Origin: an uncultured delta proteobacterium | GTDB lineage: Bacteria; Desulfobacterota; Binatia; Binatales; Binataceae | NCBI GenBank assembly: GCA_963842085.1 | Contig: CAWJET010000001.1 | Location: forward strand, 800,001-864,000 | DNA length: 64,000 nt | Direction: 5' to 3' | Shown: positions 53,412-63,876 of the stretch, one piece after another | How positions within the stretch are numbered: the stretch's first letter is position 1 | Layout: each line of letters begins with the position of its first letter | The notes under the pieces: generated by a model | Seen by the model: the letters and a program-made list of their open reading frames with translations, nothing else | Database searches by the model: none | Told to the model about the DNA's origin: nothing | Position numbers and translations under genes: made by a program

Positions 53412-54425
53412 CTATTTGGCGGGCTGGAGCGGCAGGACCGTCGGCGGCAGAACTAGCTGGCCGGTGGCGAGGTCGTGCTCTGCCTTGCGTGCGCGTTCGA
53501 GGGCAGCGGCGGGGATGCGCAATTCGAGCTTGGGGTTGTACACGACGTTGACCATTCCGTCCTGCGTTCCGAATTCCAGCATACCTGGATGAAACCGCTT
53601 GTCTTTGACCTCGGTTGCGATTTTCAGGAAAGCCAGCGGCGTGGAAGTCACAGCGCTGGCGAGGACGACGTCAGGAGCGACGTTGTTCTGGTTGTTGAAC
53701 ACGCCGAAGGCATAGACGTGCGCTTGTTCGGCGGCGAGGAAGACGCCGAGGCCTGCGGCGTCGGCATTATGGATCAGCACGTCTGCCCCCTGGCTGATCT
53801 GAGCAAGCGCCGCTTCCTTGGCGGCACCGACATCGTCGAAATTGCCGGTGTAGCTGATCAGAATGCGGCCTTTGGGTTGTACTGAAAGAAACCCGCGCTT
53901 GAAGCCTTCGAAGAACAATTTAATCGAAGGCAGTTCTATTCCGCCGACAGCGCCTACCACTCCGGTTTTCGAGACGCCGGCCGCCAGCACGCCTTCCACA
54001 TAGGTCGCCTGATCGACATTGAAGGTTATCGACGCGACATTCGCGGATGACTCACTGCCCGAACTGACGACGAAATAGGTGTTGGGAAAGCTTCGCGCTA
54101 CTTCGAGGGCGGAATCGGTGTACTCGAAGCCGTGGGCGAAGATCAGATCGAATCCGCGCGAAGCGAAATCGCGGAAGGCGTCCTCGAAGTCGGCGGGTGA
54201 CTTGGTCTGGACTAAGGCAGTGTCGGCGCCGAGCCTGGCCTTAATGAGTTCGAGACCTTCGTATGCGGCTGCGTTCCAGCCGGCGTCGCTTACAGGTCCG
54301 GGCGTTAGCAGTGCGACTTTAAGGGCAGCGGATGCCGGTTTTGCATCGGCCGCAGGATGAGAGGTGCACGCCGCCAGCGCACTTACTTGTACGAGCACTA
54401 GAGCCAGGCCAAGGAATTTCAGCAT
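53412..54425 (-). CDS. BMP family ABC substrate-binding lipoprotein
   Basis: Lipobox LAAC, GPVSDAGWN, GFDLIFAHGFEY and GNFDD...GADVL. Confidence 0.9.
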   Translation of the reverse strand: MLKFLGLALVLVQVSALAACTSHPAADAKPASAALKVALLTPGPVSDAGWNAAAYEGLELIKARLGADTALVQTKSPADFEDAFRDFASRGFDLIFAHGFEYTDSALEVARSFPNTYFVVSSGSESSANVASITFNVDQATYVEGVLAAGVSKTGVVGAVGGIELPSIKLFFEGFKRGFLSVQPKGRILISYTGNFDDVGAAKEAALAQISQGADVLIHNADAAGLGVFLAAEQAHVYAFGVFNNQNNVAPDVVLASAVTSTPLAFLKIATEVKDKRFHPGMLEFGTQDGMVNVVYNPKLELRIPAAALERARKAEHDLATGQLVLPPTVLPLQPAK

Positions 54426-54432
54426 TGGCTAC

Positions 54433-55080
54433 CTATCCGAGATAAACGGTGCGATCGACGACGCCAGCTTTATGAAAGGCCTGCTTACGCTCGAAGCACT
54501 TGTTGCATTGTCCACAGTGTTTGGAAGCCTCAGGAGCCATGCAGGTCAGGGTCACCTCGAGTGGTAAGTCTTTGAACTGCCTAATCAAATCTTCTTTGTG
54601 GAAGCCTCTTAGGGGAGCTTCGATTAGCACTTTGTGTCCCAGTCCAACGCTTAGGGCGCGGGCAAAGGTGTCGAAGAACTCAGGCGTGGCGTCGGGAAAA
54701 GGGTTGCCGCCGAGCGAGCCGATCGCGATGCGTGAAACGCCGTGCGTGCTGCCCCAGATGGCCGCCAACGAAATGAGGAGAATGTTGCGGCCGGGCAGGT
54801 AAGTGTTCTCGTCGGGCTCGTCGGCGGCGGGCACGCGCGCGCCCGAGACGCTCCAGTGGTCGCCGTACAAGACATCGGTTGGGGCGGAGAGCACCGTCGT
54901 CGGCATCACGTTGCGGTTGTGGAGCGTGTCGAGGAAGGATTGCAGGCCAGCGAGCTCCATCTCTTCCCATGCGAAACCGCATCGCACGTAGATGGGGAAT
55001 ACTTCGGCGCCGGCCGCCAGCTTCGCAATCAGAACCGAGCTGTCCAGGCCGCCGCTCGCCAATACTGAAATCTTTTCCAC
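54433..55080 (-). CDS. queC: 7-cyano-7-deazaguanine synthase
   Basis: SGGLDS PP-loop, YLPGRN, FPDAT and TC-x8-CGQCNKC Zn site followed by ER. Confidence 0.85.
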   Translation of the reverse strand: MEKISVLASGGLDSSVLIAKLAAGAEVFPIYVRCGFAWEEMELAGLQSFLDTLHNRNVMPTTVLSAPTDVLYGDHWSVSGARVPAADEPDENTYLPGRNILLISLAAIWGSTHGVSRIAIGSLGGNPFPDATPEFFDTFARALSVGLGHKVLIEAPLRGFHKEDLIRQFKDLPLEVTLTCMAPEASKHCGQCNKCFERKQAFHKAGVVDRTVYLG

Positions 55081-55245
55081 GCTATCTCTCGCTTGGCGGT
55101 ATCGGTTACGCGGACACTCTCTCCGCGCAAGACCGTACCACCATTGAAAGCGATCGAGCCACAGGATTGGCGGAGACTCGATCTTGTGAATGGGTTATGC
55201 GAACTTGAACTATCTATCCATTCGCATGGCTTGAGAGGGAACGCG

Positions 55246-56007
55246 ATGGGATCGCAAGGCTCCGCCTGGTACGTGGATTTTTTTCGCGGCGACTACCTGA
55301 ATGTGTACGGCCACATGTTCACGGAAGAGCGCGCTGAAAAGGAAAGCGCCTTCGTGGCGAGCGCACTCGACCTGAAGGCGGGCGCGTCGGTGCTGGACCT
55401 GTGCTGCGGGCAGGGACGGCATTCGGTCCAGTTGGCGAAGCGTGGATTGCGGGTGACAGGTCTCGATCTGAATCCCGAGTACCTGGAACTCGCGAAGCAG
55501 GCGGCCAAAGCGGGCAAGGTCACCATCGAGACGGTCGCCGCCGACATGCGCAACATCCCGTACGAAGACAAGTTTGACGCCATCGTCAATATGTATTCGT
55601 CATTCGGATACCTGGAATCGGAAGCCGAGGATTTGAAGGTCCTGGAATCGGCGGCGAAGGCTCTGAAAGCCGGCGGGCGGATTCTGTTGGACATGCTGAA
55701 CCGCGAATGGGCGATCGATAACTATATTCAGAACGACTGGCATAAAGGCGCGGACGGAACTCTGTACGTCGAGCGGCGCGACCTTGACCTCGCAACAAGC
55801 CGCATGCACGTGCATTTTATCGTGGTGGACCCCACTGGCGGGCGGCGCGAGTCGATCGGACATATTATCCGGCTCTACACGCTGACGGAGATGACGCGGC
55901 TTCTGGAGCGTGTGGGTCTGCGGATGACAGCGGTGTTCGGGGGATTCGACCGCGAGCTTTATGAAATCGCTACGCGGCGCATGATCATCGTGGGGCATAA
56001 GGGATAG
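55246..56007 (+). CDS. class I SAM-dependent methyltransferase
   Basis: VLDLCCGQGRH, VTGLDLN, ADMR, FDAIVNMYSSFGY and LKAGGRILLD. Confidence 0.92.
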   Translation: MGSQGSAWYVDFFRGDYLNVYGHMFTEERAEKESAFVASALDLKAGASVLDLCCGQGRHSVQLAKRGLRVTGLDLNPEYLELAKQAAKAGKVTIETVAADMRNIPYEDKFDAIVNMYSSFGYLESEAEDLKVLESAAKALKAGGRILLDMLNREWAIDNYIQNDWHKGADGTLYVERRDLDLATSRMHVHFIVVDPTGGRRESIGHIIRLYTLTEMTRLLERVGLRMTAVFGGFDRELYEIATRRMIIVGHKG

Positions 56008-56178
56008 GCGTCGTAATTGGCCAAGAAAGCCGCGAAAATGCACGGTTTTCCGGATAGGAAGAATCGAGATGGCTGGAAATCAAATATTACGCGCATTCTT
56101 GCCTTCGGTCGTCTGGGTTTGTATAGTCGCTGACTAACCAATCGGACAGGCTTGGGGTGTGCGGCAAATATGGATGTG

Positions 56179-57618
56179 ATGAAGACGCTTTTTCTGAATC
56201 CGCCGTCGTACGATGACTTTGACGGGGGTGCCGGTTCACGATACCAGGCGACGCGCGAGGTCTGGTCGTTCTGGTACCCGACGTGGCTGGCTTATCCGGC
56301 GGGGATGATTCCGGGCGCGCGCCTGCTCGACGCGCCGCCGCATAACTACACAGTCGAGATGACAGTCAACGAGGCGAAGAACTACGACCTGGTGGTGATT
56401 CATACCTCGACGCCGTCGCTGCGGATGGACGCGCGCACGGCGGAGGCGATCAAGGCGGCGAATCCGAATGCGATCATCGCGATGGTCGGGGGGCATCCGA
56501 CGGCGCGGCCCGACGAGACACTGAAGCTGTCGGCGGCGATCGATATCGCGGCACGCAAGGAATTCGACTACTCGATGCTGGAAGTGGCGGAGGGCCGCGA
56601 CTGGAGCAGCATCGGCGGGATCAGCTATCAGAAAAATGGCGGGCTGCATCACAATCCCGACCGGCCGGCGCTCACCGATGAAGAGCTCGACCAGCTGCCG
56701 TTCGTGACCGAGGTGTATGAGAAGAACCTCGACTACCTGAAGTACAACAGCCCGTACTGCCAGTATCCGTACGTGTCGATGTACACCGGGCGTGGATGCC
56801 CGGCGCGATGCACGTTCTGCCTGTGGCCGCAGGTCACGCAGGGGCATCGCTATCGCGTGCGGAGCCCGGAAAATGTGTACGAGGAAGTGGCGGCGATGAA
56901 GTCGAAGTTCCCGAAGATGAAGGAGCTGTTCTTCGACGACGACACTTTCACGGCGGACCCGGCGCGCGCGCGCAAAATCGCGCAACTGCTGAAGCCGCTG
57001 GGGATCACGTGGTCGACCAACTCGCGCGCGAACGTCGATTACGAAACGCTCAAGATCATGAAGGACGGCGGGCTCAGGCTGTTCGTGGTCGGCTATGAAT
57101 CGGGCAACGCGCAGATTCTGAAGAACATCAAGAAGGGCGTCGGCATCGATCGCGCACGGCGCTTCACCAAGGATTGCCACGAGCTCGGGATCCTGATTCA
57201 CGGGACCTTTATCCTGGGACTGCCAGGCGAGAACAAAGAAACGATCGAGGAATCGATCCGGTTCGCGCGCGAGATGGACTGCGAGACGATCCAGGTGTCG
57301 CTGGCGTCACCGTACCCGGGCACCGAGCTGTTCGATTACGTGACCGAGAACGGATTCCTGGCGGTGGACCCGCTGCTCGACGAATCCGGTTATCAGAAGT
57401 GTACGATCACCTATCCGGGCCTGGCCAACGAGGAGATTTACGGCGCGGTCGAGCGCTTTTATCGCAGCTTCTACTTTCGCCCGAAGTACATCTTCAAATC
57501 GGTCAAGAAGATGATGACGTCGATGGAAGAGACCAGACGGATGCTGAACGAGGGGCGGCAATTTCTGTCGACCATGCGCCAGCGACGGCATCAGACGGCG
57601 CAGCAGGCGTCGGCCTGA
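56179..57618 (+). CDS. hpnJ: hopanoid biosynthesis-associated radical SAM protein HpnJ
   Basis: FLNPPSYDDFDGGAGSRYQA...FWYPTWLA signature, GRGCPARCTFCLWPQ CxxxCxxC motif and FFDDDTFT. Confidence 0.93.
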   Translation: MKTLFLNPPSYDDFDGGAGSRYQATREVWSFWYPTWLAYPAGMIPGARLLDAPPHNYTVEMTVNEAKNYDLVVIHTSTPSLRMDARTAEAIKAANPNAIIAMVGGHPTARPDETLKLSAAIDIAARKEFDYSMLEVAEGRDWSSIGGISYQKNGGLHHNPDRPALTDEELDQLPFVTEVYEKNLDYLKYNSPYCQYPYVSMYTGRGCPARCTFCLWPQVTQGHRYRVRSPENVYEEVAAMKSKFPKMKELFFDDDTFTADPARARKIAQLLKPLGITWSTNSRANVDYETLKIMKDGGLRLFVVGYESGNAQILKNIKKGVGIDRARRFTKDCHELGILIHGTFILGLPGENKETIEESIRFAREMDCETIQVSLASPYPGTELFDYVTENGFLAVDPLLDESGYQKCTITYPGLANEEIYGAVERFYRSFYFRPKYIFKSVKKMMTSMEETRRMLNEGRQFLSTMRQRRHQTAQQASA

Positions 57619-57720
57619 CGGCGAATTCCGGCGCGAGTAAGAGGCCAGGCGCGAGGTCCGCAGCAAGACGGCTGTGGCGGCATCCGTCGCGCCCGGTTGG
57701 GGTACCGCGCGAATCATTTG

Positions 57721-58878
57721 ATGACGATCTGGATAGCTTTACCGGCTGCGGCCGTGTGCTTGTCGGTGCTCTACTACGCCGCCGCGACGGTCGCCGCGAT
57801 CAGGTTCGCAAAGCGCACGACCTCGCCCCTGCCGCCGCTGCCCAAGGTTCCACCGCGCGTGGCCGTGCTGAAGCCGCTGCACGGAAGCACCAATTCGCTG
57901 GCGGCCAACCTGGTCAGCTTCCTGGAGGTCACCTATCCTCGGGTAGATTTTTATTTTGGCGTCCACAGTTACGAGGATGCAGCCACCGAAATTCCGGTCG
58001 CACTGCGGCAACGCTACCAGTACGCCAATATAACGCTGGTGGTCGGCGAAGAGCCTGACTGCAGCAATCGCAAGATTGCGAAGCTGGTCAAGATGGCGGA
58101 TCGCGCCGAGAAGGCCGAAGTGTTCGTGCTGAGCGACGCCGACGTATCGGTCGAGCGCGACTACCTGAAGCGAATTGTCGGCGAACTGATCTCGGACGAG
58201 AAAATCGGCATCGTGACTTGCGCGTATCGCGCGCGCCCGGGCGGCTCGTTCGCGTCGCGGCTGGAGGCGCTCTACGTCAACACCGATTTTCTGCCACAGA
58301 TCCTGATCGCTGAGATGATCGAGCCGATGCACTACGCACTCGGCGCGACCATCGCCATCAAACGCAAGGTGCTCGAGGCCGCGGGCGGATTCCGCGCGGT
58401 CAAGAACATGCTCGCCGACGACTTCTACCTGGGCAACTTCACCAATGCGCAGGGTTACGAGATCAAGCTGTCCGATTCGCTGGTCACGTTGACGTGCGAG
58501 GAAAGGAATTTCGCCGAATTCTGGCATCATCAGCTTCGCTGGGCGCGCACCTATCGCACCGTGCGTCCGATCAGCATCGCGACCATCGTCATGCACGGCC
58601 CCTTCTGGGCGCTGATGCTGCTGGCGACCTCACGCGGCAGCGCCGCAGCCGCCGCGGCCTTGGTACTGGTGGTTGCGGCGCGGCTGGTGATGTCGGCGGC
58701 GATCGTCGGATGGGTTGTCAAGATGCCCGAAATGCTGAGCGAGGTGTGGATGGTTCCCTTCAAAGACCTGATAATGACTGGAGTCTGGTTTGGCAGTCTG
58801 CTCAGCAACAAGGTGACGTGGGCCGGACGCCAGTTCAAGGTGATCCGAGGCGGTGCGATGCGCGAAGTGAAGAGCTGA
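57721..58878 (+). CDS. hpnI: bacteriohopanetetrol glucosamine biosynthesis glycosyltransferase HpnI
   Basis: VLKPLHG, NRKI, LSDAD, LADDFYLG and HQLRWART (GT21-like). Adjacent to hpnJ. Confidence 0.88.
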   Translation: MTIWIALPAAAVCLSVLYYAAATVAAIRFAKRTTSPLPPLPKVPPRVAVLKPLHGSTNSLAANLVSFLEVTYPRVDFYFGVHSYEDAATEIPVALRQRYQYANITLVVGEEPDCSNRKIAKLVKMADRAEKAEVFVLSDADVSVERDYLKRIVGELISDEKIGIVTCAYRARPGGSFASRLEALYVNTDFLPQILIAEMIEPMHYALGATIAIKRKVLEAAGGFRAVKNMLADDFYLGNFTNAQGYEIKLSDSLVTLTCEERNFAEFWHHQLRWARTYRTVRPISIATIVMHGPFWALMLLATSRGSAAAAAALVLVVAARLVMSAAIVGWVVKMPEMLSEVWMVPFKDLIMTGVWFGSLLSNKVTWAGRQFKVIRGGAMREVKS

Positions 58879-58884
58879 AGGACC

Positions 58885-59775
58885 GTGATTTTCTATCTAT
58901 CGATCGCGATCATCGCCAGCGCGCTGATGGCGCTCGGGCTGCTGATGATGAAGAGCCGCTCGGCGCATCTGCCGTTGGCGGCGGGCGCGAATACGATCGG
59001 CGCGATCGTCGCATGGATTCGCGATCCCATGTGGATCGGCGGACTGGGCGTGCAGACGGCGGGCTGGGTCTGCTACGTGATTGCGGTGTCCAGGGCGCCG
59101 GTGTCGATGGTAGCAGTGATGATGCAGGGCGGAATCGGGCTGTTTGTAATCGCGTCGGTGGTAATTCTTGGCGAACGCGCGAATCGGCTTGAATGGATCG
59201 GCATCAGCGCGATCGTCTTCGGGATGCTGATGCTCACCTTGTCGCTGCGAGGCGGCGAGATTGAAGGTGCGTTCGAGCCCGCCACGCTGCTGATGTTGAC
59301 CGCGCTGCTGACCCTCGCGGGGTTGGCTCCCATGGCCGTCGCGCGGCTGAACACGAGCGGCGCGGCGGCGGCGATTCTCTCTGGTCTCGCGTTCGGCCTG
59401 GGGGCGTTGTTCACGAAGGCGATGACGCTGGAGTTCACCGCCGGTGCCACCGCTTCAATCGCGCTGCTAATCGTGTCGAATCCCTACGTCTACGGCATGC
59501 TGGCCGCGAACATCGTAGGGATCGTAATGCTGCAGAACTCGTTCCATTCCGCGCGCGCGATAATCGCGATGCCTCTATCAGGAGCGCTGTCGAACATCGT
59601 ACCGATTGTCGGCGGGATTTTAGTGTTCGGCGAACGATTGCCGGCTGACTCGATGACGGCCGCGATGCGCCTTGGCGCATTCATTTTGACGGTCACAGCC
59701 GGCGCGCTGCTGGCCGGGTCGCGCGAGCAGTTGCCGCAGGAACCCGCGGTGGTTCGGGCTGCCATCGGGAGTTAA
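58885..59775 (+). CDS. DMT superfamily transporter
   Basis: About 9-10 TM segments with APVSMV, ILGER and LVFGERLP motifs. Confidence 0.8.
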   Translation: MIFYLSIAIIASALMALGLLMMKSRSAHLPLAAGANTIGAIVAWIRDPMWIGGLGVQTAGWVCYVIAVSRAPVSMVAVMMQGGIGLFVIASVVILGERANRLEWIGISAIVFGMLMLTLSLRGGEIEGAFEPATLLMLTALLTLAGLAPMAVARLNTSGAAAAILSGLAFGLGALFTKAMTLEFTAGATASIALLIVSNPYVYGMLAANIVGIVMLQNSFHSARAIIAMPLSGALSNIVPIVGGILVFGERLPADSMTAAMRLGAFILTVTAGALLAGSREQLPQEPAVVRAAIGS

Positions 59776-59778
59776 GGG

Positions 59779-60621
59779 CTAGAAGTTCGCTTTCGGCACG
59801 GGCAGTCCGGGGACGTCGGCGCGCGCGCGGAAAATAGTTCCCTTGCGATTTGGATCGTCGGTGTTGTCGGCAGTCACCACGTAGAGATCGCGCAGGTCGC
59901 GGCCGCCAAAGACCAGGCTGGTCACCATCGTGGCAGGCAATTTGATTCGCTCAATTACTGCCCCGTCTTTCGAGAAGTGGACGACCTCGCCGACCCGCAC
60001 GGCCGCAACCCACACGCCGCCCTGCGCATCGACTGCCAGCCCGTCGGGGAACCCCTCGGGCATCTTCGCGAAGATGCGCCGGTCCTTCACGCCGCGCTCG
60101 TGCGTGACGTCGTAAACCCACACCGCGCCGGTGGTGGAATCCGAATGATAAAGGTGCTTGCGATCGGGGCTGAGACCGAGGCCGTTGCTGACCTCGATGC
60201 CGTCCCATAACTTCACCGCGCGGCCCGGGGGATCGATGCGGAACAGGCTGCCGGGAATCGGTTTGTTGTTGCTCAGCGGATCGAAGTTGATGGTGCCGGT
60301 GTAGATGCTGCCGTGATCGTCGGTCGTGAGATCGTTCATGCTGACAGGCTTGCCTTCCCAAGCGGCGAACAGGTCGCGGCTCTTGCCGCTCTTCTCGTCC
60401 CAATGAATCAGGCCGCGGCCGGTCAGCACGAGCCCGCCGCTGCGGTTGAAGATCATTCCGCCGACGCCCTTGCGTTTGGGGATCAGCGTTTCGACGTTGC
60501 CACCGGGATTGCGCCGATAAACACCGCCGTTGGGAATGTCGCTGAAGTAGCAGCGGTCGAGATCGTCGACACGCGGCGCTTCGAGCAGCCCATAGCCGCT
60601 CGCGAGCATCTCGAATTCCAT
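59779..60621 (-). CDS. SMP-30/gluconolactonase/LRE family protein
   Basis: LLEAPR, MNDL, SNGLGLSPD and PDGLAVDAQGGVWVA motifs. Confidence 0.93.
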   Translation of the reverse strand: MEFEMLASGYGLLEAPRVDDLDRCYFSDIPNGGVYRRNPGGNVETLIPKRKGVGGMIFNRSGGLVLTGRGLIHWDEKSGKSRDLFAAWEGKPVSMNDLTTDDHGSIYTGTINFDPLSNNKPIPGSLFRIDPPGRAVKLWDGIEVSNGLGLSPDRKHLYHSDSTTGAVWVYDVTHERGVKDRRIFAKMPEGFPDGLAVDAQGGVWVAAVRVGEVVHFSKDGAVIERIKLPATMVTSLVFGGRDLRDLYVVTADNTDDPNRKGTIFRARADVPGLPVPKANF

Positions 60622-60703
60622 CGCTTCGATCCTCCTTCCGCCCGTTTACCACGGTTCGCGACGCGCGGCGAGGCTGGCCTAAGCGCGAAGGTCGTCTCCG
60701 CTG

Positions 60704-63700
60704 TCAAGCCAGATCGGGCTCAATTGGCTCGACCGGCTGGGTCATGCGCGCACGGTTTTGATCTTCGAAGCGCAGCCGGCGATGGCACAGGTAGATCAAC
60801 ACCGGCTGCAGAATTCGCGTCAGCATCATGATGGCCAGCGCGCCACCAATGACGACAATCGCCAGCGGCTGCTGCGTCTGAGCGCCGATGCGGGTCGAAA
60901 GCGCTGCGGGCAGCAGGCCGAGAGCGTCAACCAGGTCGGTCATCATCGTGGCGCGCAAACGACGATCGGAGCCGGTGATGATCGACTCGACGAATGGATG
61001 TCCCTGCTCCCATAGCCCTCGGATGTAGAAGCTCAGCAGGATGCCGTCCATAACCGCGATGCCGAAAATGGAAATGAAGCCAACGCCGGCCGATACGCTG
61101 AAGGGTGTGCCGGTGATGATCAGCGCCAGAATTCCGCCGAGACATGCGACCGGAATCTGCGCCATGATGATGAAGGTGTCGATGAGCGACTGCGTGGAGG
61201 CGTAGAGAACGCCCGCGATCAGCAACAGCGCGAACGGCACCACGATCGCGAAACGGCGGTTGGCGGCCTGCAGTTCACCGTATTCGCCCGACCATTCCAG
61301 ATGAACGCCTTCAGGGAGATTGACCTCTTTTGCGATGCGCTGCTTGGCCTCCAAAACAGCGCTCTGCAAATCGCGGCCGCGGATCGAAAACCTGATCGGT
61401 ACGTAGCGTTGCAGCGCCTCGCGGTAAATGAATGAAGCGCCCTCGGCGGTCGCGATGTCGGCGACCTGGTCCAGCGGAATTTGACCGCCGGCGGGAAGGT
61501 TGACGCGGATCTGCCGGACCGCATCGAGACTCTCGCGGTACTGCGGTTTCCATCGCACAACCAGGTCGAAGCGCCGATCGCCCTCGAGCACCTGGGTGAC
61601 CGCCTGACCGCCAATCGCCGCCTGGACTACCGCGCCGACATCGCCGACGTTGAGCCCATAGCGCGCGCAAGCGGCACGGTCAGGGGTAATTTGCAAATTC
61701 GGCTGGCCCATCGACCGCAGCACTACTTCGTCGACGATGCCGGGAACTCCCCCCAGCGATTCCCTTATGTCGTTGGCAATGCGCTCATCGGTCGCAAGGT
61801 CCGGGCCGAAGACTTTGATCGCGTTTTCTCCGGCTTTTACCCCCGAGATCGCCTCATCGATGTTGTCTTCGATGTTTTGCGAGTAGCTGAAGCTCACGCC
61901 CGGAAACTGCTGCGTCAGCTTGTCGTCGATCTGCTTGACGAGCCTGGGTTTGGTGATCCCGGCAGGCCATTGATCCTCGGGCTTGAGATCGACCGAGAAT
62001 TCAATGTTGAAAAAGCCCGTGGTCTCAGTGCCGTCGTCGGGGCGGCCGAGCTGCGACACAACCGACTTGACCTCGGGGAAGCTTTTGAACACGGCGCGCA
62101 TCCGGTTGCACAGCTGGGCGCCGTGCTCGAGCGAGATGGTCAGCGGCATCGTCGCGTGGGCCCAAATGTTTCCTTCCTCGAGCTTGGGCAGGAATTGCCC
62201 GCCCAGCAGCGGGAACATCGACAGCACACCCGCCACCAGCACGGCGACCAGCGTCAACGTCAACCGCGGCCAGCGCAGCACCCGCTCGAACATCCCGTGG
62301 TAAAAGGCGGCGATCCCGGCCCAGACGGGATTGCGAATAGTTCGCATCCCGCGCGCGAAGAAGAACGAAGACAGGACCGGCGACAACGTGACCGCGAGCA
62401 AAATTGCAGTGGCCAGCGCGAACGCGTAGGTGTGCGACATGGGCGAGAAGATAGCGCCCTCGACGCCGCGCATCGTGAACAACGGCAGGAAGGCGATCAC
62501 GAAAATGATTGTCGAGAAGAACATCGGACCGCCAACTTCCTGCGCGGCGGCCAGAATTCGAAGCCGATAACTTTCGTGCGCGCGTTCGGGGGCGGTGAGG
62601 TGTCGCTCGATATTTTCCATCACGATCACGGTGGTGTCGATGATGATGCCGAAGTCGATCGCGCCCAAGGAAATGAGATTGGCGGGTGTATTGGTCACGT
62701 GCATCAGCGTGAACGCCCCGCATAGCGCAAGCGGAATGTTGATTGCGGCGATGATCGCGGCGCGCAGGTTGCCGAGAAAAAAGATCAATACCAGGAAGAC
62801 CAGCACCATCCCGATGGTAAGATTTTCAATGACGGTGTGAAGCGTGGTCTCGACCAGTTGCGTGCGGTCGTAATACGGCACGACCTTGTAGCCCTTGGGC
62901 AGAATCCCCGAGGTGTTGAGGTCGTGGACCTTGGCCTCGACGCCCTGCAGCGTTTTGAGCGTGTTGCCGTACTTGCGCATCAGGACAATGCCGGTGACGA
63001 CCTCGTTCTGATCGTCCTTGCCGACAATTCCGAGCCGTGGCGCGTAGCCGACCTCGACGCTGGCGACGTTCGATACCTTGATCGGAGTGGACTTGCTGGC
63101 ATTGAGCACAACGTTGCGGATGTCGTCGAGACTGCGGAAAAATCCGAGCCCGCGCACGTCAAACGCCTGCTCGCCGACGCTCATATAGTTACCGCCGGAA
63201 TTCGTATTCGAGTTCTGCAGCGCCGCGATCAACGTGGACAGCGGGACCTGGTAGTAGTTCAGCTTGTGCGGATCGACTTCGACCTGGAACTGTTTCGTCA
63301 ATCCGCCGAAGCCCGAAACGTCTTCAACCCCGGGCACCGTGCGGAGTTGTTTCTCGAGGACCCAGTCCTCGATCGTCTTCTCCTTGGTCAGATCGTGATC
63401 CAGACTCTCGACCGTGTAGCGGTAAATTTCACCGATCGGATTATCGGGCGAGATTCCGGGCGTCACGCCCTGCGGCAAGGTAATAAACGACAGCCGATTG
63501 ATGGTCTCGACGCGGTCCCAGTAGTAGTCGCTGTCCCACGAAAAGTAGCAGCGAATATCCGACAGTCCGTAGAGCGAAATCGAGCGCATCGCCTCGAGGT
63601 CGCGCATCCCGGCCAGACCATATTCGGTCGGTACCGTGACCAGCTTTTCAACTTCCTCGGCGCTGAGACCGTTGGGCAGCGTCAGAACTTCGATCAGCGG

Positions 63701-63832
63701 CTGGACCGGATCGGGGTAGGCCTCGATATCCAGCTCCGAGAACGAATAAATGCCGGCCAGCAGCAGCATCAGCGCGATGCCGATAACGACAATCCGCTCG
63801 CGCAATGCCAGCGCCATCAACGATCGAATCAT
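60704..63832 (-). CDS. CusA/CzcA family heavy-metal efflux RND transporter
   Basis: AYPD, ANLISLGAIDFGIIID, GPMFFS, EGAIFSPM and GAQTQQPLA motifs. 1042 aa. Confidence 0.94.
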   Translation of the reverse strand: MIRSLMALALRERIVVIGIALMLLLAGIYSFSELDIEAYPDPVQPLIEVLTLPNGLSAEEVEKLVTVPTEYGLAGMRDLEAMRSISLYGLSDIRCYFSWDSDYYWDRVETINRLSFITLPQGVTPGISPDNPIGEIYRYTVESLDHDLTKEKTIEDWVLEKQLRTVPGVEDVSGFGGLTKQFQVEVDPHKLNYYQVPLSTLIAALQNSNTNSGGNYMSVGEQAFDVRGLGFFRSLDDIRNVVLNASKSTPIKVSNVASVEVGYAPRLGIVGKDDQNEVVTGIVLMRKYGNTLKTLQGVEAKVHDLNTSGILPKGYKVVPYYDRTQLVETTLHTVIENLTIGMVLVFLVLIFFLGNLRAAIIAAINIPLALCGAFTLMHVTNTPANLISLGAIDFGIIIDTTVIVMENIERHLTAPERAHESYRLRILAAAQEVGGPMFFSTIIFVIAFLPLFTMRGVEGAIFSPMSHTYAFALATAILLAVTLSPVLSSFFFARGMRTIRNPVWAGIAAFYHGMFERVLRWPRLTLTLVAVLVAGVLSMFPLLGGQFLPKLEEGNIWAHATMPLTISLEHGAQLCNRMRAVFKSFPEVKSVVSQLGRPDDGTETTGFFNIEFSVDLKPEDQWPAGITKPRLVKQIDDKLTQQFPGVSFSYSQNIEDNIDEAISGVKAGENAIKVFGPDLATDERIANDIRESLGGVPGIVDEVVLRSMGQPNLQITPDRAACARYGLNVGDVGAVVQAAIGGQAVTQVLEGDRRFDLVVRWKPQYRESLDAVRQIRVNLPAGGQIPLDQVADIATAEGASFIYREALQRYVPIRFSIRGRDLQSAVLEAKQRIAKEVNLPEGVHLEWSGEYGELQAANRRFAIVVPFALLLIAGVLYASTQSLIDTFIIMAQIPVACLGGILALIITGTPFSVSAGVGFISIFGIAVMDGILLSFYIRGLWEQGHPFVESIITGSDRRLRATMMTDLVDALGLLPAALSTRIGAQTQQPLAIVVIGGALAIMMLTRILQPVLIYLCHRRLRFEDQNRARMTQPVEPIEPDLA

Positions 63833-63876
63833 CGCTTAGCCAGGGATTCCCGTTGCGACCGCCAATATTACTTGCT

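Noticed and set aside
54433-55080. QueC as part of an anti-phage system (QatABCD, Dpd or CBASS type IV)
   Set aside because: No TatD, KAP ATPase, dpdA, TGT or cyclase genes are adjacent.
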